In this document: in pieces, positions 51,415 to 64,000 of the stretch
Position numbering within the stretch: position 1 is the first letter of the stretch
Layout of the letters: every line of letters starts with the position of its first letter
NCBI RefSeq assembly: GCF_044704955.1
Contig: NC_091985.1
Coordinates: forward strand, 210,366,001-210,430,000
Direction: 5' to 3'
DNA length: 64,000 nt
Origin: Pristiophorus japonicus
Taxonomy: Eukaryota
Notes under the pieces: model-generated
The model's database searches: none
What the model was told of the DNA's origin: nothing
The model's input: only the letters and a program-made list of their open reading frames with translations
Program-made: the position numbers and the translations under genes

Positions 51415-54202
51415 TGTTAGTCGTGGCTCAGTGGTAGTCTCTGAGTCAGTAGGTTGTGGGTTCAAGTCCACTCCCAGAGCATGGAGCATAAAATCAAAGC
51501 CGACATTCCAATGCAGTGCAGAGGGAGCGCTGCACTGTCAGGGGTGCCGTCTTTCACATGAAGCCCCATAAGAGCATAAGAAATAGGAGCAGGAGTAGGC
51601 CATTTGGCCCCTCGAATCTGCTCCATCATTTAATGATCATGGCTGATCTGATCTGATCTTGCCTTCAACTCCACTTCCCTGCCCACTCCTCATAACCCTC
51701 GACTCCCTTATCGTTCAAAAATCTGTCTATCTCCACCTTAAACATATTTAATGACCCAGCTTCTACAGCTCTCTGAGGTAGCGAATTCCAAAGATTCAGA
51801 AGAAATTGCTCCTGATTTCCCTTTTAAATGAGCGACCCCTTATTCTGAAACTATGCCCCCTAGTGTTAGATTCCTCCACAGGGGGAAACATCCTCTCTGC
51901 GTCTATCCTGTCAAGCCCTCTCAGAATCTTATATGTTTCAATAAGATCACCTCTCATTCTTCTAAACTCCAATGAATATAGGCCCTACCTGCTCAATCTT
52001 TCTTCATGACAACCCTTTCATCTCAGGAATCAACCTCGTGAACCTCCTCTGAACTGCCCCCAATGCAAGTATATCCCTCCTCAAATAAGATCAAAACTGT
52101 ACGCAGTACTCCAGGTGTGGTCTTACCAACAGTGTCGTTGTAGCAGGACTTCCCTACTTTTATACTGCATCTCCCTTGCAATAAAGGCCAACATTCCATT
52201 TGCCTTCTTAATTACGCTGTACCTGCATGCTAACTTTTTGTGTATCATGTACAAGGACCCCTCTGTATTGCAGCATTTTCTAATCTCTCCCCATTTAAAT
52301 AATAATTTGCTTTTTTATTTTTCCTCACATTTTCCCACATTATACTCCATCTGCCAAACTTTTGCCCACTCACTGAGCTGATCTATGTTCCTTTGTAGAT
52401 TATTTGCGTCTTCCTCACAACTTGCTTTCCCACTTATCTTTGTATCATCAGCATGTTTAGCTGCATTCAATCGGTCCCTTCATCCAAGTCATTAATATAG
52501 ATTGTAAATAGTTTGAGGCCCCAGCACTGATCACTGTGGCACCCCACTTGTTACAGTTTGCCAGCCTGAAAATGACCCATTTATCCCTACTCTCTGTTTG
52601 TTAGCCAATCCTCTATCCATGCTAATATATTACCCCCAATCCCGTGAGCTTTTATCTTGTGCAGTAATCTTTTATGTGGCACCTTATCGAATGCCTTCTG
52701 AAAATCCAAATACACGACATCTACTGGTTCCCCTTTATCCACCCTGTTCATTACATCCTCAAAGAACTCCATCAAATTTGTCAAACATGATTTCCCTTTC
52801 ATAAAACCATGCTGACTCTGCTTGACTGCATTATGATTTTCTAAATAATGGACTCCAGCATTTTCCCAATGACATGTTAGTCTAACTGGTCTACAGTTTC
52901 CAGCTTTCTGTCTCCCTCCATTCTTAAATAGGGGAATTGCATTTGCTATTTTCCAATCTGCTGGAACCTCTCCAGAATCCAGGGATTTTTGGTAGATTAC
53001 AACCAATGTGGCCACCATCTCTGCAGCCATTTCTTTTAAGACCCTAGGATGCAGGCTATTAGGACCAGGGGATTGTCCACCTTTAGTCCCATTAGTTTGC
53101 CGAGTACCTTTTTTCCCTAGCAATAGTGATTGTTTTAAGTTCTCCCCTCCCAATAGCCCCTTGATTATCAATTATTGAGATGCTTTCAGTGTCTTTTGCA
53201 GCGAAGACCGATACAAAATATTTATTTAAATTCTCTGCCATTTCCTTGTTTCCCATTATTAATTCCCCAGTCTCATCTTCTAAGGGACCAACTTAGCTAC
53301 TCTCTTCCTTTTTATATACCTGTAGAAGCTCTTACTGTCTGTTTTTATATTTCTTGCTAGTTTACTCTCAATCTATTCACTTTTGTTTTCGTTGTCCTTT
53401 GCTATTTTCTAAAAAGTTCCCAATCTTCTGGCCTTTCATTAATCTTCGCAACATTGTATGCCTTTGTTTTCAATTTGATACCACCCTTTACTTCTTAGTT
53501 AGCCATGGATGGTTCATCCTTCTTAGAGTCTTTCTTTCTCATTGGAATCTATCTTTGCTGAGTTATGAAATAGCTCCTTAAATGTCTGCCACTCCTTATC
53601 TACTGTCTTACCCTTCCTTTGTAATTGCCTTTATTTTTCAGGGCACTATTTTGAGACCCAAGTTTCTCACCCTCAAACCGAATTTGGAATTCTACCATAC
53701 TATGATCACTCTTCCCAAGAGGATCCTTTACTATGAGATCATGAATTAATCCCAGTCGCATTACACATTACCAATTCTAAGATAGTCTGCTCCCTGGTTG
53801 GTTCCACAGCGCATTGTTCTAAGAAAACATCCCAAATACACTCTATGAACTCTTCCTCAAGGCTACCTAATCTTTATATTGATATATCCTATCAATATAA
53901 AGATTTAAATCGTCTATGCTTATTGCAGTACCTTTCTTATAAGCCTCCATTATTTCTTGATTTATATGCTGTCCTGATAGGCTACTCCCACCAGTGACTT
54001 CTTTCTCTTATTACTTCTTATCTCCACCCAAACTGATTCTACATCTTGATCTTCTGAGAATCAGAACCATCTGACCTCTCAAGTGGGCATAAAAGATTCC
54101 ATGACGTTATTTTGAAGAAATCTCTCTGGTGTCCTGGCTAACATTTATCCCTCAACCAACATCACTAAAACAGAGGCCGTGAAAGGCACTTTATAAATAC
54201 AA
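51415..54202 (+). mobile_element. Deu-domain SINE: head 51415-51562, rest 54058-54202, split by CR1
   Basis: A box TGGCTCAGTGG, B box GGTTCAAGTCC, Deu core; continues after the CR1. Confidence 0.7.
51567..54055 (-). mobile_element. Degenerate CR1 ORF2 (~2.5 kb)
   Basis: Endonuclease to RT pieces on the minus strand; tail at 51567. Confidence 0.88.
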
Positions 54203-54317
54203 AGGAGAAAAGGAACAGTCGATAACAGGACATCAATTAGTCTCCTCTTGGAGAAATCAAGGAATCGACTCACTGTCTGTTGGAAACAAAGCTGATTTAT
54301 TTGATCGTTGTTTGACA

Positions 54318-54788
54318 GAGGGTGCAGAAAAGATTTACAAGAATGATTCCAGGGATGAGGGATTTCAGTTACATGGATAGACTGGTGAAGCTGGGGTTGT
54401 TCTTCTTAGAACAGAGAAGGTTGAGAGGAGATTTGATAGAGGTGCTCGAAAATCATGAGGGGTCTAGACAGAGTAGAGAGAAAATATTCCCATTGGCGGA
54501 AGGGTCGAGAACCAGAGGACACAGATTCAAGGTGATTGGCAAAAGAACCAAAGGCGACATGAGAAAAAACTTTGTTTTAAGCAGCGAGTGGTTAGGATCT
54601 GGAATGCACGGCCTGAAAAGCTGGTGGAGGCAGATTCAATCGTGGCTTTCAAAAAGGGCATTGGATAAGTACCAGAAATAAAACATTTGCAGGGGAAAGG
54701 GTGGGGAGTGGGACTTGCAGAGAGCCGGCACAGACTCGACGGTCCGAAAGGCCTCCTTCTGTGCTGTAACTATTCTATGATTCTATGA
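54318..54788 (+). mobile_element. CR1 3' fragment, antisense to the zinc-finger gene
   Basis: QKRFTRMIPG...; (TTCTATGA)2 tail. Confidence 0.85.
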
Positions 54789-54926
54789 TATCCAGAAAAT
54801 TAAACTCCAGCCCAGTTATAGGGATTAATTACAACAGCAGCAACAAACTCCAACTGTCCAAGTGAACAGGGTTCAGTCCTGGATGTGATTAACGGCAACA
54901 ATAAAAGCAGAATCCAACCCCTGCAG

Positions 54927-55769
54927 TCACTTGTGAACTCGCTGGTGTAACTGAAGGTTGGATAAACGAGTGAAGCCCTTCCCACACTTGGAGCAGATGA
55001 ATGGCCTCTCCCCAGTGTGAATGCGTTGGTGTGTCAGCAGGTTGGATGAAAGAGTGAAGCCCTTCCCACACTCGGAGCAGATGAACGGTCTCTCCCCAGT
55101 GTGAGTGCGTTGGTGTTTCATCAGATCATTTCTGCTTTTATAGCTCCTTTCACAGTCAGAACATTTAAACGGTCTCTTACTGGTGTGAACAAGTTGGTGT
55201 TCAGTGAAGTGGGATGAACGAGTGAATGCCTTCCCACACACAGAACAGATAAAAGGTCTCTCCCCGGTATGAATACGCTGGTGAGCATGAAGCTCGAATG
55301 AATTAGTGAATCCCTTTCCACACACAGAGCAGATGAACGGCCTCTCTCCTGTGTGAGCTCGCTGGTGACTCAGATGATGAGATGATTTAGCAAACCGTTT
55401 CCCACATACGAGACAGACGGACGGTCTCTCCCCAGTGTGAACTCGCTTGTGTTTAATGAGGTGTGAAGATGCAGTGAATTTCTTCCCACATACGGGACAA
55501 GTAAACGGCCTCTCCCCAGTGTGAACACGCTGGTGTCTCATCAGGCTGGATGAACAAGTGAATCCTTTCTCACACACGGAGCAGGTGAACGGCCTCTCCC
55601 CAGTATGAACTCGCTGGTGTTCAGTGAGGTTGGATGTACGAGTGAATCCTTTCCCACACCCGGGGCAGGTGAATGGCCTCTCCCTGGTGTGACTGCGTCG
55701 ATGAATTTCCAGCGCAGAGGGGCAATTGAATCCCTTCCCACAGTCCCCACATTCCCACGGTTTCTCCAT
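54927..55769 (-). CDS. C2H2 zinc-finger protein, 10 tandem fingers, no effector domain visible
   Basis: Ten CxxC-x12-HxxxH units with TGERP linkers; exon acceptor TTTTACAG|G at 56124. Confidence 0.88.
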   Translation of the reverse strand: MEKPWECGDCGKGFNCPSALEIHRRSHTRERPFTCPGCGKGFTRTSNLTEHQRVHTGERPFTCSVCEKGFTCSSSLMRHQRVHTGERPFTCPVCGKKFTASSHLIKHKRVHTGERPSVCLVCGKRFAKSSHHLSHQRAHTGERPFICSVCGKGFTNSFELHAHQRIHTGERPFICSVCGKAFTRSSHFTEHQLVHTSKRPFKCSDCERSYKSRNDLMKHQRTHTGERPFICSECGKGFTLSSNLLTHQRIHTGERPFICSKCGKGFTRLSNLQLHQRVHK

Positions 55770-56010
55770 GGTGCGGGTGTCCTTGTGTCTCTCCAGTTTG
55801 GACGATCAGTTGAAGCCTCGTCCACACACAGAACATGTGTACGGTTTCTCCCCGCTGTGAATGGTGTGATGTTTTTTCAGGCTGTGTAACTGGTCGAAGC
55901 TCTTTCCACAGTCAGTGCACTAGAACACTCTCACTCGGGTGTGTGTGTCTCGGTGCTTTTCCAGTCACACTGATGTTTGAAATATTTTCCCACAGACAGA
56001 ACAGACAAAC
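55770..56010 (-). pseudogene. Three in-frame, stop-interrupted zinc fingers upstream of the ATG
   Basis: FVCSVCGKIFQTSV*LEKHRDTH / [22 protein letters not shown] / [22 protein letters not shown]. Confidence 0.8.
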
Positions 56011-56424
56011 GTTTCTCCTTTCACATTCAAAGGCTGATGATATTCAAGTGAATCGAGTGACTCTGTCAGATCTTGATATGATTGGTTCTAGTTTCCCGTC
56101 TGTAAATCCTCCTTTTCTAATATCCTGTAAAAGGTGTTTACAAAAGTCAGCACTGGAAGTGCAGGATAGAAATTGAGGGCAGACAATCCTACTTTTTATG
56201 GAACATTCTTTCCTCTCTTGTTCTCCAAAGCTGTAAATTCCCGTCCCACACACTCTCCCTCCACCCTGTGCTGAAATCCAAACTCATCGCACCACCTCCA
56301 TCATTTCTTTCTTCCATCTGCAGTTTTCTCACTCCCTCTTCTCTGGTTGGGTTCAGTTCTACATCCTGACTGTGCAGACTGAGAATAAATGAGGAAATGA
56401 TTGTCTCTCCAGATCACTGGGACC

Positions 56425-56780
56425 CTAAAGCCCCGCCCACCCTCTGCTCCTGTACCAAGATGGCCGCGCAGGCACGCTGATCGTGTCTAAGAATTCGGTT
56501 AGTTACCCCGAGCAGTCGGGTCCATCACCGCGGGTCAAACATGTGTCCTGCCGGTTCATATTCGGGGCCTGAGGCCTACACCAGGTGTTTATGAAGCTGC
56601 CCACCCAGGGGTCTAATTCCTCCGCTGAGCCCACAAGCTCCGACTGACTCGCGGAACGTCTCTTCCGCCTCAGACCACCTCCACCACTGGCACTGCGCCT
56701 GCTCAGAGCACAGCCCGGTCCCGTGTCTGGGCTCCTGGTGTCATTGATAGAGCGCTTTACCCCTGCGCGGGTAGATTCTG
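56425..56780. promoter_or_regulatory. CpG-rich putative promoter of the zinc-finger gene
   Basis: GC box CCCCGCCC ~56430, YY1-like AAGATGGCCG ~56457, NRF1-like TGCGCCTGC ~56695. Confidence 0.55.
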
Positions 56781-56829
56781 GTTACAGAAGTAAACGTCTC
56801 AACATTTGGTAGTGAAATGGATTCATTCA

Positions 56830-57218
56830 GGACAGACAGCAGGGATTATTGCAGAAAATAACACAGTGCAGTGAGAAAGGAAATGCAATGGATGTAGTGA
56901 ATGCAGTGGATGGATTGTCAAAAGGTGTTTGATTAAGTGCTGGACAGGAGGCTTGTTGATCAAATTAAGGCTCATGGTATTAAAGGGAGTGGGGCAGTGT
57001 GGAGAGGAAGTTGGGTAAAGGGCAGAAAACAGAGAGTAGTGGTTAATGGATGTTCTTCAGACTGGAGGGATGTAAACAGTGGTGTCCCCAGGGTCAGTGT
57101 GGGGACCATTGCTCTTAATATAGAGACAGGATCTGGGCTAGGGAATAAGCACATAAGAATTAGAAGCAGGAGTAGGCCCTTTGGCCCTCGAGCCTGCTCC
57201 ACCATTCAATAAGATCAT
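56830..57218. mobile_element. Small CR1 fragments (+ RT piece, - tail)
   Basis: WVKGRKQRVVVNG; inverted tail 57150-57218. Confidence 0.7.
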
Positions 57219-57344
57219 ATTGATTCATCAATTGATCCACCGCTACGAAAAACAATAATAAGAATAAAACCGGACGGACCACCCGGCATCGACCTCCGCA
57301 CCGACTACGGACCCGACAACGGCACACCCAGCCCAGTCTTTCTC

Positions 57345-57860
57345 ATCAACATCTGGGGACTTGTGCCAAAATTGGGAGAGATGTCCCAGACTAGTCAAGC
57401 AACAGCCTGACATAGTCATACTCACAGAATCATACCTTTCAGCCAATGTCCCAGACTCCTCCATCACCATCCCTGGGTATGTCCTGTCCCACTGGTGGCG
57501 GTACAGTAGTATACAGTCGGGAGGGTGTGACCCTGGGAGTCCTCAACACCGACTCCGGACCCCATGAAGTCTCGAGGCTTCAGGTCAAGCATGGATAAGG
57601 AAACCTCCTGCTGATGACTACCTACTGCCCTCCCTCAGCTGATGAATCAGTGCTCCTCCATGTTGAACATCACTCAGAAGAAGCACTGCGAGTAGCAAGG
57701 TGCACCGAATGTACTCTGGGTGGGGGACTTCAATGTCCATCAAGACTGGCTCGGTAGCACCACTACTGACCGAGCTGGCCGAGTGCTGAAGGACATAGCT
57801 ACGAGACTGGGCCTGCAGCAGGTGCTGAGAGAACCAATATGAGGGGAAAACCCTACTTGC
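57345..57860 (+). mobile_element. APE endonuclease fragment of another LINE family
   Basis: QQPDIVILTESYL...IPGY; GDFN-like GGGGACTTCAAT ~57722. Confidence 0.7.
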
Positions 57861-57874
57861 GCCCATCCCTTCAG

Positions 57875-59392
57875 AAAGGGCGAGAGAGCGGGAGCAGCGG
57901 TAAGCCTACAAAGGGCGTGAGTCAGCCGAGCAGACAGCCGAAACATCACCAAGTGACCTGGGAGGATAAGAAGTAAAAAGATTCAAAGTGTGACATCACA
58001 GAAAAGCAGGCAAGTGATTGGTTGGTCAGTTTTTCTCTCTTTTCTTGGGCATTGGTTTAAATTAAGAGCTGGGATTAAAAATCTAAACTTTCAAAATGTA
58101 AAAACGTAATTAATTGAATACATTAGAGATGGCAGGGCAGGCGATGTGTTACTGCTGCTGCATGTGGGAGCTGGTTGACCCCATTGAGGTCCAACGCGAC
58201 CACATCTGCAGTAAGTGTTGGCTGCTCGAGGAACTTCGGCTCCACGTTGATGAGCTGGAGTCCGAGCTGCAGACACTGCGACACATCAGGGAGGGGGAAG
58301 AGTTACCTGGACCTTGTGTTCCAGGAGGCATCACACCCCTTAGATTCATCAATTCAACTTTGGCCCATGGTCAGGGACAGGATGGTGTGACAACGAGCGA
58401 GGCAGCTGTGGGGACCCAGGAGGTAGTGATGGAGGAGCCTCAGTCCTTGCAATTGTCCAACAGGTACGAGATTTTTGCTCCCTGTTTGGATGAGGGCAGG
58501 GACTGCAGGGAGGATGAGCAAACTGACCACAGCGCAGTGGTACAGGAGGACATTCAAGTGGGGGGAGTAAAAAGAAATGTTGCAGTGTTAGGAACAGTAT
58601 AGTTTCAGAGATAGATACTGTTCTCTGCAGCCGAGTGCGTGAGTCCTGAAGGCTGTGATGCCTGCGAAGTGCCAAGGTTAAGGACATCTCCTCTGGGCTG
58701 GAGAGGGATTGGAGTAGGAGGGGGAAGATCCAGTTGTCGTGGTCCACGTACCAATGACATAGGCAGAACAAGAAAGGAGTTCTGCTGAGGATTTTGAGCA
58801 GTTAGGGTCTAAATTAAAAAGCAGAACCACAAAGGCAATAATCTCTGGATTACGACCCGAGCCACAAGCAAATATATTTTGGTGAGAAGGAAAGACTTTA
58901 AGCGACGAGGGAACTATCTGCGGTTAATGAAGGAAGTAAAGGATGGGATCAAATTGAAAACAATGGCATACAAAGTGGCCAAGGTTAGTGGGAGGCCAGA
59001 GCATTGGCAAATGTTTTTAAAAACAGCAAATGATGACTTAAGAAATAATAAAGAAAGGGAAGATAGATTATGAGAGTAAACTAGCAAGCAATATAAAAAG
59101 AGCTTCTACAGGTATGTAAAAAGGATAGGGTAGCTAAAGTAAATGTTGGTCCTTAGAGGATTAGACTGGGGAATTAATAATGGGGAACAGGGAAATGGCA
59201 GAGACTTTGAACAAATATTTTGTATCAGTCTTCACGGTAGAAGACACTAAAAACACCCCAATAATAGATAATCAAGGGGCTATAGCGAGGGAGGAACTTA
59301 AAGCAATCACTAAAGAAAAAGTGCTCAGTAAAATAATGGGACGAAAGGTGGAAAAGTCCCTTGGACCTGATGGCTTGCAACCTCAGGTCTTA
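57875..59392 (+). mobile_element. Old CR1 with 5'UTR, decayed ORF1 (from 58129) and a large internal deletion into ORF2
   Basis: MAGQAMCYCCCMWEL...CSKC; jumps at ~58875 to the ORF2 linker. Confidence 0.8.
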
Positions 59393-59917
59393 ATACACAG
59401 TAAAGCTCCCTCTACAATGTCCTATCAAATACTGCCAGGGCCAGCATAGCACAGGTTAGATGCAAAGTAAAAATCCCTCTACACTGTCCTATCAAATACT
59501 TCCAGGGCTGGCACAGCACAGGTTAGATGCAAAGTAAAAATCCCTCTACACCAGCCAACAAACATTCCAAGGGCAGGTAAAGCATGGGTTAGGCAGAGGG
59601 TAAAGATTCCTCTATACTTCCCTATCAAACAATGGCAGGGCAGGTACAGCACGGGTTAGATGCAGAACAAATCTCCCTCTAAACTGCCTCATCAAACATT
59701 CCTAGGGCAGGTACAGTGCGGATTAGATATAGCGGAAAGCTCCCACTACACTGTCCCATCAAACACTCACAAGGCAGGCACAGCAATGGGTTAGGCAGAG
59801 AGTCAAGCTCCCTCGACACTGTCCCATCAAACACTCCCAGGGCAGGTACAGCACAGATTAGATACAGAGCAAATCTCTCTCTCCACTGTCCCATCAAAAC
59901 CTCAAAGGATGGATACA

Positions 59918-60816
59918 GAACATAAGAAATAGGAGCAGGAGTAGGCCATTTGCCCCCTCGAGCCTGCTCCGCCATTCAATAAGCTCATGGCTGATCTGAT
60001 CCTGGCCTCAACTCCACTTCCCCTCCCGCTCTCCATAACCCTTGACTCTCTTATCATTCAAAAATGTCTCTATCCCCGCCTTAAGTACATTCAATGACCC
60101 AGCCTCCACAGCTCTCTGAGGTAGAGAATTCCAAAAATTCACGACACTCAGATAAGAAATTCCTCCTCATTTCAGTTTTAAACAGGTGACCTCTTATTCT
60201 GAAACTATGCCCCCTAGTTCTACATTCCCCCAAGAGGGGAAACATCCTCTCTGCATCTACAATGTCAAGCCCCCTTAAAATTTTATACATTTCAATTAGA
60301 TCACCTCTAAGTCTTCTAAACTCCAATGTGTATAGGCTCAACCTGCTTTACCTTCCTTCATATGACAATCCCTTCATCTCAGTAATCAACCCCTCGTGAA
60401 CCTCTCTGAACTGCCTCCAGTGCAAGTGTACCCCTCCTTAAATACGGAGACCAAAACTGCACGCAGTTCTCCAGGTGTGGTCTTACCAACGACCTGTACA
60501 GTTGTAGAAGGACTTTCTTACTTTTATACTCCATCCCCCTTGCATTAAAGGACAACATTCCATTTGCGTTCCTAATTACTTGCTGTACCTGCATGCTAAC
60601 TTTTTGTGTTTAATGTACAAGGACCCCCAGATCCCTCTGTACCACCGCATTTTGTAATCTCTCCCCATTTAAATAATAATTTGCTTTTTTATTTTTCCTA
60701 CCAAAGTGGATAACCTCACATTTTCCCACATTATACTCCATCTGCCAATTTTTTGACCACTCACTTAGCCCATCTATATCCCTTTGTAGATTCTTTGTGT
60801 CCTTCTCACAACTTCC
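59918..60816 (-). mobile_element. 5'-truncated CR1, duplicate A
   Basis: RT C-terminus and tail. Confidence 0.9.
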
Positions 60817-61825
60817 TAGGTTAGCACAGGTTCAGTACACGGCAAATCTCTGTCTACATTAGCCCATCAAACACGCCCAGGACAGGTACAGCATGGATTA
60901 GATACATTGTAAAGTTGCCTCTACACTGTCACATCAAATACTCTCAGGGCAGCTACAGCACGGGTTAGGTACCGATTAAAGCTCCCTCTACACTGTCCCA
61001 TCAAACAATGCCAGTCAGGTATAGCCTGTGTTAGATACAGAATAAACCTCTATCTACACTGTCCCATCAAACACTCGCAGGGCATGTATAGCATGGGTCA
61101 GATACAGAGTATAGTTCCCTCTACACTGTCCCATCAAACACTCCCAGAGCAGGTACAGCACAGGTCAGAAACAGAGTAAGGCTTCGTCTACACTGTCCCA
61201 CCAAAAATTTGCAGGGCAGGTACAGCACGGATTAAATAGAATAAACCTCCCTCTATATTGTCCCATCAGACACTCCCAAGGGCAGGTACAGTACTGGTTG
61301 GATACAGAGTAAATCTCCCTCTACAATGTCCCATCAAACACTCACAGGGCAGATAAAGCACGGGTTAGATACAGAGTAAACCTCATTCTACACTGTCCCA
61401 ACAAACACTCCCAGGATAGGTACAGCACGGATTATATACAGCCTAAAGCTCCCTCTACACTGTCCCATCAAACACAACTAGGGCAGGTAGAGTACGAGTT
61501 AGACACAGAGGAAAGCTCCCCCTACACCAACCCATCAAAGCTCACAGGGTAGGTAGAGCATGGGTTAGATACAGAGCAAAGCTCCCTCTGCAGTGTCCCA
61601 TCAATCACTTACAAGGCAGGTACAGCACGGGTTATGCAGAGAGTAAAGTTCTCTCTACACTGTCCCATCAGACACTACCAGGGTAGGTACAGCACTGATT
61701 AGATACAGCATAAAGCTCTCTGTACACTGTCCAATTAAACATTCCCAGGGCAGGTACAGCATGGGTTAGATACAGAGTAAGTCTCCCTCTACACTATCCC
61801 ATCAAATACTCCAAGGGCAGGTATG

Positions 61826-62713
61826 GAACATAAGAAATAGGAGCAGAGTAGGCCATTTGGCCCCTCGAGCCTGCTCCGCCATTCAATAAGATCATGGCTG
61901 ATCAAATCCAGGCCTTAACTCCACTTCCCCGCCCACTCCCCATAATCCTTATCTTTCAAAAATCTGTCTATCCCCACCTTAAATACATTCAATGACCCAG
62001 CCCCCACAGCTCTCTAAGGTAACGAATTCCAAAGATTCACAACCCTCAGAGAAGAAATCCCTCCTCATTTCCCTTTTAAATGACCGACCCCTTATTCTGA
62101 AACTATGCCCCCTAGTGTTAGATTCCCCCACGTGGGGAAACATCCTCTCTGTATCTACCCTGTCAAGCCCCCTCACAATCTTATACGTTTCAATAAGATC
62201 ACCTCTACGTTTTCTAAACTCCAATGAGTACAGTCCCAACCTGCTCAACCTTTCTCATAATGACAACCCCTTCATCTCAGCAATCAACCTCGTGAACCTT
62301 CTCTGAACTGCCTCCAGTGCAAGTATATCCTTCCTGAAATAAGGAGACCAAAACTGTACGCAGTACTCCAGTTGTGGTCTTACCAACGCCATGTACAGTT
62401 GCAGCAGGACTTCCCTACTTTTATACTCCATCCCCCTTGCAATAAAGACCAACATTCCATTTGCCTTCCTAATTAATTGCAGTAACTGCATGCTAAATGT
62501 TTGTGTTTCATGTACAAGGACCCCCAGATCCCTCTGTACCACCGCATTTTGTAATCTCTCAAAATTTAAATAATAATTTGCTTTTTTATTACTCCTACTA
62601 ACATGGATACCCTCACATTTTCCCACATTATACTCCATCTGCCAAAGCTTTGCCCACTCACTTAGCCTATCTATATTCATTTGTAGATTCTTTGCGTCCT
62701 CCTCACAACTTGC
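61826..62713 (-). mobile_element. 5'-truncated CR1, duplicate B
   Basis: Same endpoints and junctions as duplicate A. Confidence 0.9.
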
Positions 62714-63274
62714 TAGGTTAGCACAGGTTAGATACACAGTAAACCTCTCTCTACATTATCCCATCAAACACTCCCAGTGCAGGTACAGCATGGGTTAGGT
62801 GCAGAGTAAAGCTCCCTCTTCACTGTCCCAAAAACACTCCCAGAGCAGGTACAGTACTGGTTAGATATACAGCAAAGCTCCCTCTACACTGTCTATTCAA
62901 ACACTCGCAGGGCAGGTACAGCACGGGTTAGATACAGAGTAAAGCTCCCTCTACACTGTCCCATCAAACACTCACAGGACTGGTATAGCACAGATTGGAT
63001 ACAGCGTAAAGTTCCCTCTACACTGTCCCATCAAATACTTCCAAGGCGGGTACAGTACACATTAGATACAGCATAAAGCCCAATTTATACTGTCCCGTCA
63101 AACACTCCCAAGGCAGTTACAGTACAGGTTAGATACAGAGTAAACCTCCATCTACACTGTCCTATCAGACACTCCCAGGGCAGGTACAGCTTGGGTTAAA
63201 TACAGAGTAAAACTCCCTCTATATTATCCCATCAAACAATGCCAGGACAGGCACAGCAGATTAGATACTGAGTT

Positions 63275-63437
63275 TCCCATGTGATGGCTGGCGTGCAACG
63301 GCCACCATACGTTAAAAAGAGCCACGCACAGGCATCTTCCACCCTTCAGGATGTAGTTCAGGACCTGGAATATTAGGTCCTTCATTGAAACACCTGTGAA
63401 CTCATCCTTTTTTGGCGTGGAAGCAAGTCATCCTCGT
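63275..63437 (+). mobile_element. Fragment of the (TGA)n-tailed element family
   Basis: Reverse complement of 33210-33360. Confidence 0.7.
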
Positions 63438-64000
63438 TTGCAGATGACACTAAGCTGGGTGGCAGTGTGAGCTGTGAGGAGGACGCTAAGAGGCTGCAGG
63501 GTGACTTGGACAGGTTAGGTGAGTGGGCAAATGCATGGCAGATTGCAGTATAATGTAGACAAATGTGAGGTTATCCAATTTGGTGGCAAAAACAGGAAGG
63601 CAGAATATTATCTGAATGGTAACAGATTAGGAAAAGGGAAGGTGCAACGAGACCTGGGTGTCATGGTACATCAGTCATTGAAAGGTGGCATACAAGCACA
63701 GCAGGCGGTGAAGAAGGTAAATGGCATGTTGGCCTTCATAGCGAGAAGATTTGAGTATAGAAGCAGGGAGGCCTTATTGCAGTTGTACAGGGCCTTGGTG
63801 AGGCAACACCTTGAATATTGTGTACAGTTTTGGTATCCTAATCTGAGGAAGGACATTCTTGCTCTTGAGGGAGTGCAGTGAAGGTTCACCAGACTGATTC
63901 CCGGGATGGCAGGACTGACATATGAAGAAAGACTGGATCGACTAGGCTTATATTCACTGGAATTTAGAAGAATGAGAGGGGATCTCACAGAAAAATATAA
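63438..64000 (+). mobile_element. CR1 RT fragment running off the window
   Basis: FADDTK...HLEYCVQFW. Confidence 0.88.

Larger units (their letters stand above)
59395..63272. repeat. 67-bp satellite arrays (59395-59917, 60817-61825, 62714-63272)
   Basis: CTCTACACTGTCCCATCAAACACTCCCAGGGCAGGTACAGCACGGGTTAGATACAGAGTAAAGCTCC. Confidence 0.92.

Noticed and set aside
51418-51475. tRNA gene
   Set aside because: A and B boxes belong to a SINE head; no cloverleaf.

Overview
Eukaryotic, vertebrate DNA, most likely a cartilaginous fish (inferred from dense CR1/HER1-type LINEs with (TTTCTATG)n tails and Deu-domain SINEs). The left half holds a replication-dependent histone cluster: H1-H4-H3 on +, then tandemly duplicated H4-H2B-H2A units on -. 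It includes intact genes, mutated H2A copies, a highly divergent but open H4 and truncated H4/H2B remnants, all with 3' stem-loops. It is invaded by young CR1 LINEs: one full-length copy with 82-bp TATA monomers and an intact zinc-finger/esterase ORF1, and one 5'-truncated copy with an intact 968-aa ORF2. A ~1-1.9 kb non-coding promoter/spliced-exon cassette occurs three times, each pointing into a minisatellite; one of these arrays is built from the CR1 3'-tail motif. The right half is a transposon graveyard (nested CR1 > hAT > CR1 > solo LTR, split DeuSINEs, L2, RTE-tailed elements, a 67-bp satellite with a co-duplicated CR1) around one 10-finger C2H2 gene that has three stop-interrupted fingers upstream of its ATG. 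All alignments were done by eye, and boundaries of old repeats are approximate.
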